Made by a program: the position numbers and the translations under genes
Notes under the pieces: generated by a model
What the model was told of the DNA's origin: nothing
Databases searched by the model: none
Seen by the model: the letters and a program-made list of their open reading frames with translations, nothing else
Part shown: in pieces, positions 62,199 through 64,000 of the stretch
How the letters are laid out: each line of letters begins with the position of its first letter
Position numbering within the stretch: position 1 is the stretch's first letter
Assembly: GCF_963921235.1 (NCBI RefSeq)
Contig: NC_086118.1
Location: 12,402,001-12,466,000, forward strand
DNA: 64,000 nucleotides
Direction: 5' to 3'
Origin: Mobula hypostoma
Taxonomy: Eukaryota

Positions 62199-64000
62199 AC
62201 AATTGTGAGGGTGGTGTAAAATAGAGGGATATGCTTTGACATGTCGATGTTAAGAAAGAGGATGTGCTAGAACTTTTGAAAAGCATTAGTATAGATAAGT
62301 CCATGGGGCAAGATGGGATATACCTGAGGTTACTACAGGAAGTGAGGGAAGAGATCATTGTGACCTTGGCAATGATCACTACACCCTCACTGGTGACAGG
62401 ATTAGTATCGGATGGCGAGAGGATGGCAAATGTATTCCTTTGTTCAAGTAAAGGAGAAGGGATAACCCTAGGAATTATGGACCAGTGAGTTTTAATTCAA
62501 GATTTATGAATATTTGGAAAACACAGTTTGAATAGGGATTGTCAGTTTGGATTTGTGAGGGTCAGGTCATGGCTCACGAGCCCGTTTGGATTTTTTGAGG
62601 ATGTGACAAAACACACTGATGAAGGTAGAGCAGTGAATGAAGTGTATATGGATTTCAGTAAGGTATTTGCTAAGGTTCCCTATGGTAGGCTCATTCAGAA
62701 AGTGAAAGGTCATAGGATCCAGGGAAAACTGACTGTGTGGATATAGAAATGGCTTGCCTATAGAAGACAGAGGGCGCTTGTAGATGGAGAGCATTCTGTC
62801 TGGAGATCAATGACCAGTGATGTTCCACAGGAATCTGCTCTGGGAGCCCAACTCTTTGTAATTTTTATAAATGAATCGGATGAGGAAACTGAAAGGGTGG
62901 GCTAGTAATTTTGCAGATAACATGAATTGAATTCTGGTGGAGTTGTAGATAGTGTTGAATGTTGTTGAAGGTTTGCAATGGGATTTGACAGGATGCAGAG
63001 CTGGGCAGGGAAGTGAGTGAAGGAGTGTAACATGGAAAAATATGAAGTGATTCATTCTGACAGGTCAGATTCGAACGCAGAATACAGTGGCAGGATTCTT
63101 CACAGTGTGGAGGACCAAAGGGATCTTGGTATCCATGCCCATAGATCCCTCAAAGTTGCACCCAAGTTAATAGAGTTGATAAGAAGGTGTATGATGTGTT
63201 GGCCTTCATTATTTAGGAGATTGAGATCAAGCGCCATGAGGTAATGTTACAGCTCCATAAAACCTCGCTTAGATCCCTCTTAGAATATTGTGTTCAGTTC
63301 TGGTTGCTTCATTATAAGGATATGAAAGCTTTAAAGAAGGTGCAGAGGGGATTTACCAGGGTGCTGCCTTGACTAGAGAACGTGCCATATGAAGATAGGT
63401 TGAGCGTGCTAAAGCTTTACTCTGTGGAGTGAAGGAGGATGAGCAATGACTTGACAGAGGTGTACAAGATGATCTGAGGCATAAATATAATGGATAGCAA
63501 GAGACCTTTTCCAAGGGCTGAAATGGCAAATACAAGGGAACACAATTTTAAGGTGATTGGATGAAAGTATAGTGGGGATGTCGTTGCACAGAGAGTGGTG
63601 GGTGGGTTCTGCCAGGGGTGGTGATAGAGGCAGATACATTAGGGGTATTCAAAAAACTCTTAGGTAGGCACATGGATGATAGAAAATGGAGGGTTATGTG
63701 GGAGGAAAGGGTTAGATTGATCTTAGAGTAGGTTAAAATATCAGCACAGCATTGTGGACAGAAGGGCCTGAACTGTAGTGTAATGTTCTTTGTTCTGTTT
63801 AAAAGGCATGAATGTTTTGCTTAATATTTCAATCTTCTCTGGCTATATGTTTAATAATCTTGGTTATGGGCATGACATTGGTACGTAAAATAAGGAATAG
63901 ATCAAGCAATTGCATTAACACATAATTGCATTAATTCAATAATCCATAATTAATTGCAAGGTATTGAAGGGTGAACCTAATAATTAAATGGTAACCGGAT

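Larger units (their letters stand above)
53917..63800 (+). mobile_element. Old CR1 ORF2 scaffold in four pieces (53917-54240, 55757-56620, 61121-61197, 62204-63800)
   Basis: Colinear EN (SIRNKDDELRAW; VWVDVRNRK; GDFN-like), linker and RT (YMDFSKVFAKVPYGRLIQKV) remnants ending in a CR1 3' UTR at ~63740-63795. Junctions rejoin across the insertions. Confidence 0.75.

Noticed and set aside
61354..62379. 341-aa ORF as a single protein
   Set aside because: Chimeric: the first ~60 codons are antisense old CR1 and the rest is the Rex RT insertion.

Overview
This is repeat-dense, non-genic eukaryotic DNA. The repeat repertoire (CR1 LINEs, Rex1/Babar-type LINEs, an HE1-like V-SINE, Penelope-like elements) points to a cartilaginous fish, probably a ray; this is inference. 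No host protein-coding gene could be supported, and essentially every long ORF is transposon-derived. Contents: many nested CR1 and Rex1/Babar LINE fragments, including one young CR1 with an esterase ORF1 and an EN+RT ORF2 broken only by one homopolymer frameshift; two ~1.23 kb copies of a non-autonomous hAT element with 8-bp TSDs, both carrying the same captured CR1 3' end; Penelope-like GIY-YIG elements with decayed hammerhead-ribozyme motifs; a decayed tRNA-primed Gypsy fused tail-to-tail to a Sushi/PEG10-like Gypsy that shows a self-priming signature; a 1.3 kb solo LTR with a 58-bp tandem array; Tc1-type remnants; microsatellites; and a few repeat-free blocks that may hold enhancers or unannotated exons. 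I found no convincing wholly new protein-coding system. The most interesting observations concern composite and ribozyme-bearing mobile elements. Boundaries of old, decayed elements are approximate.
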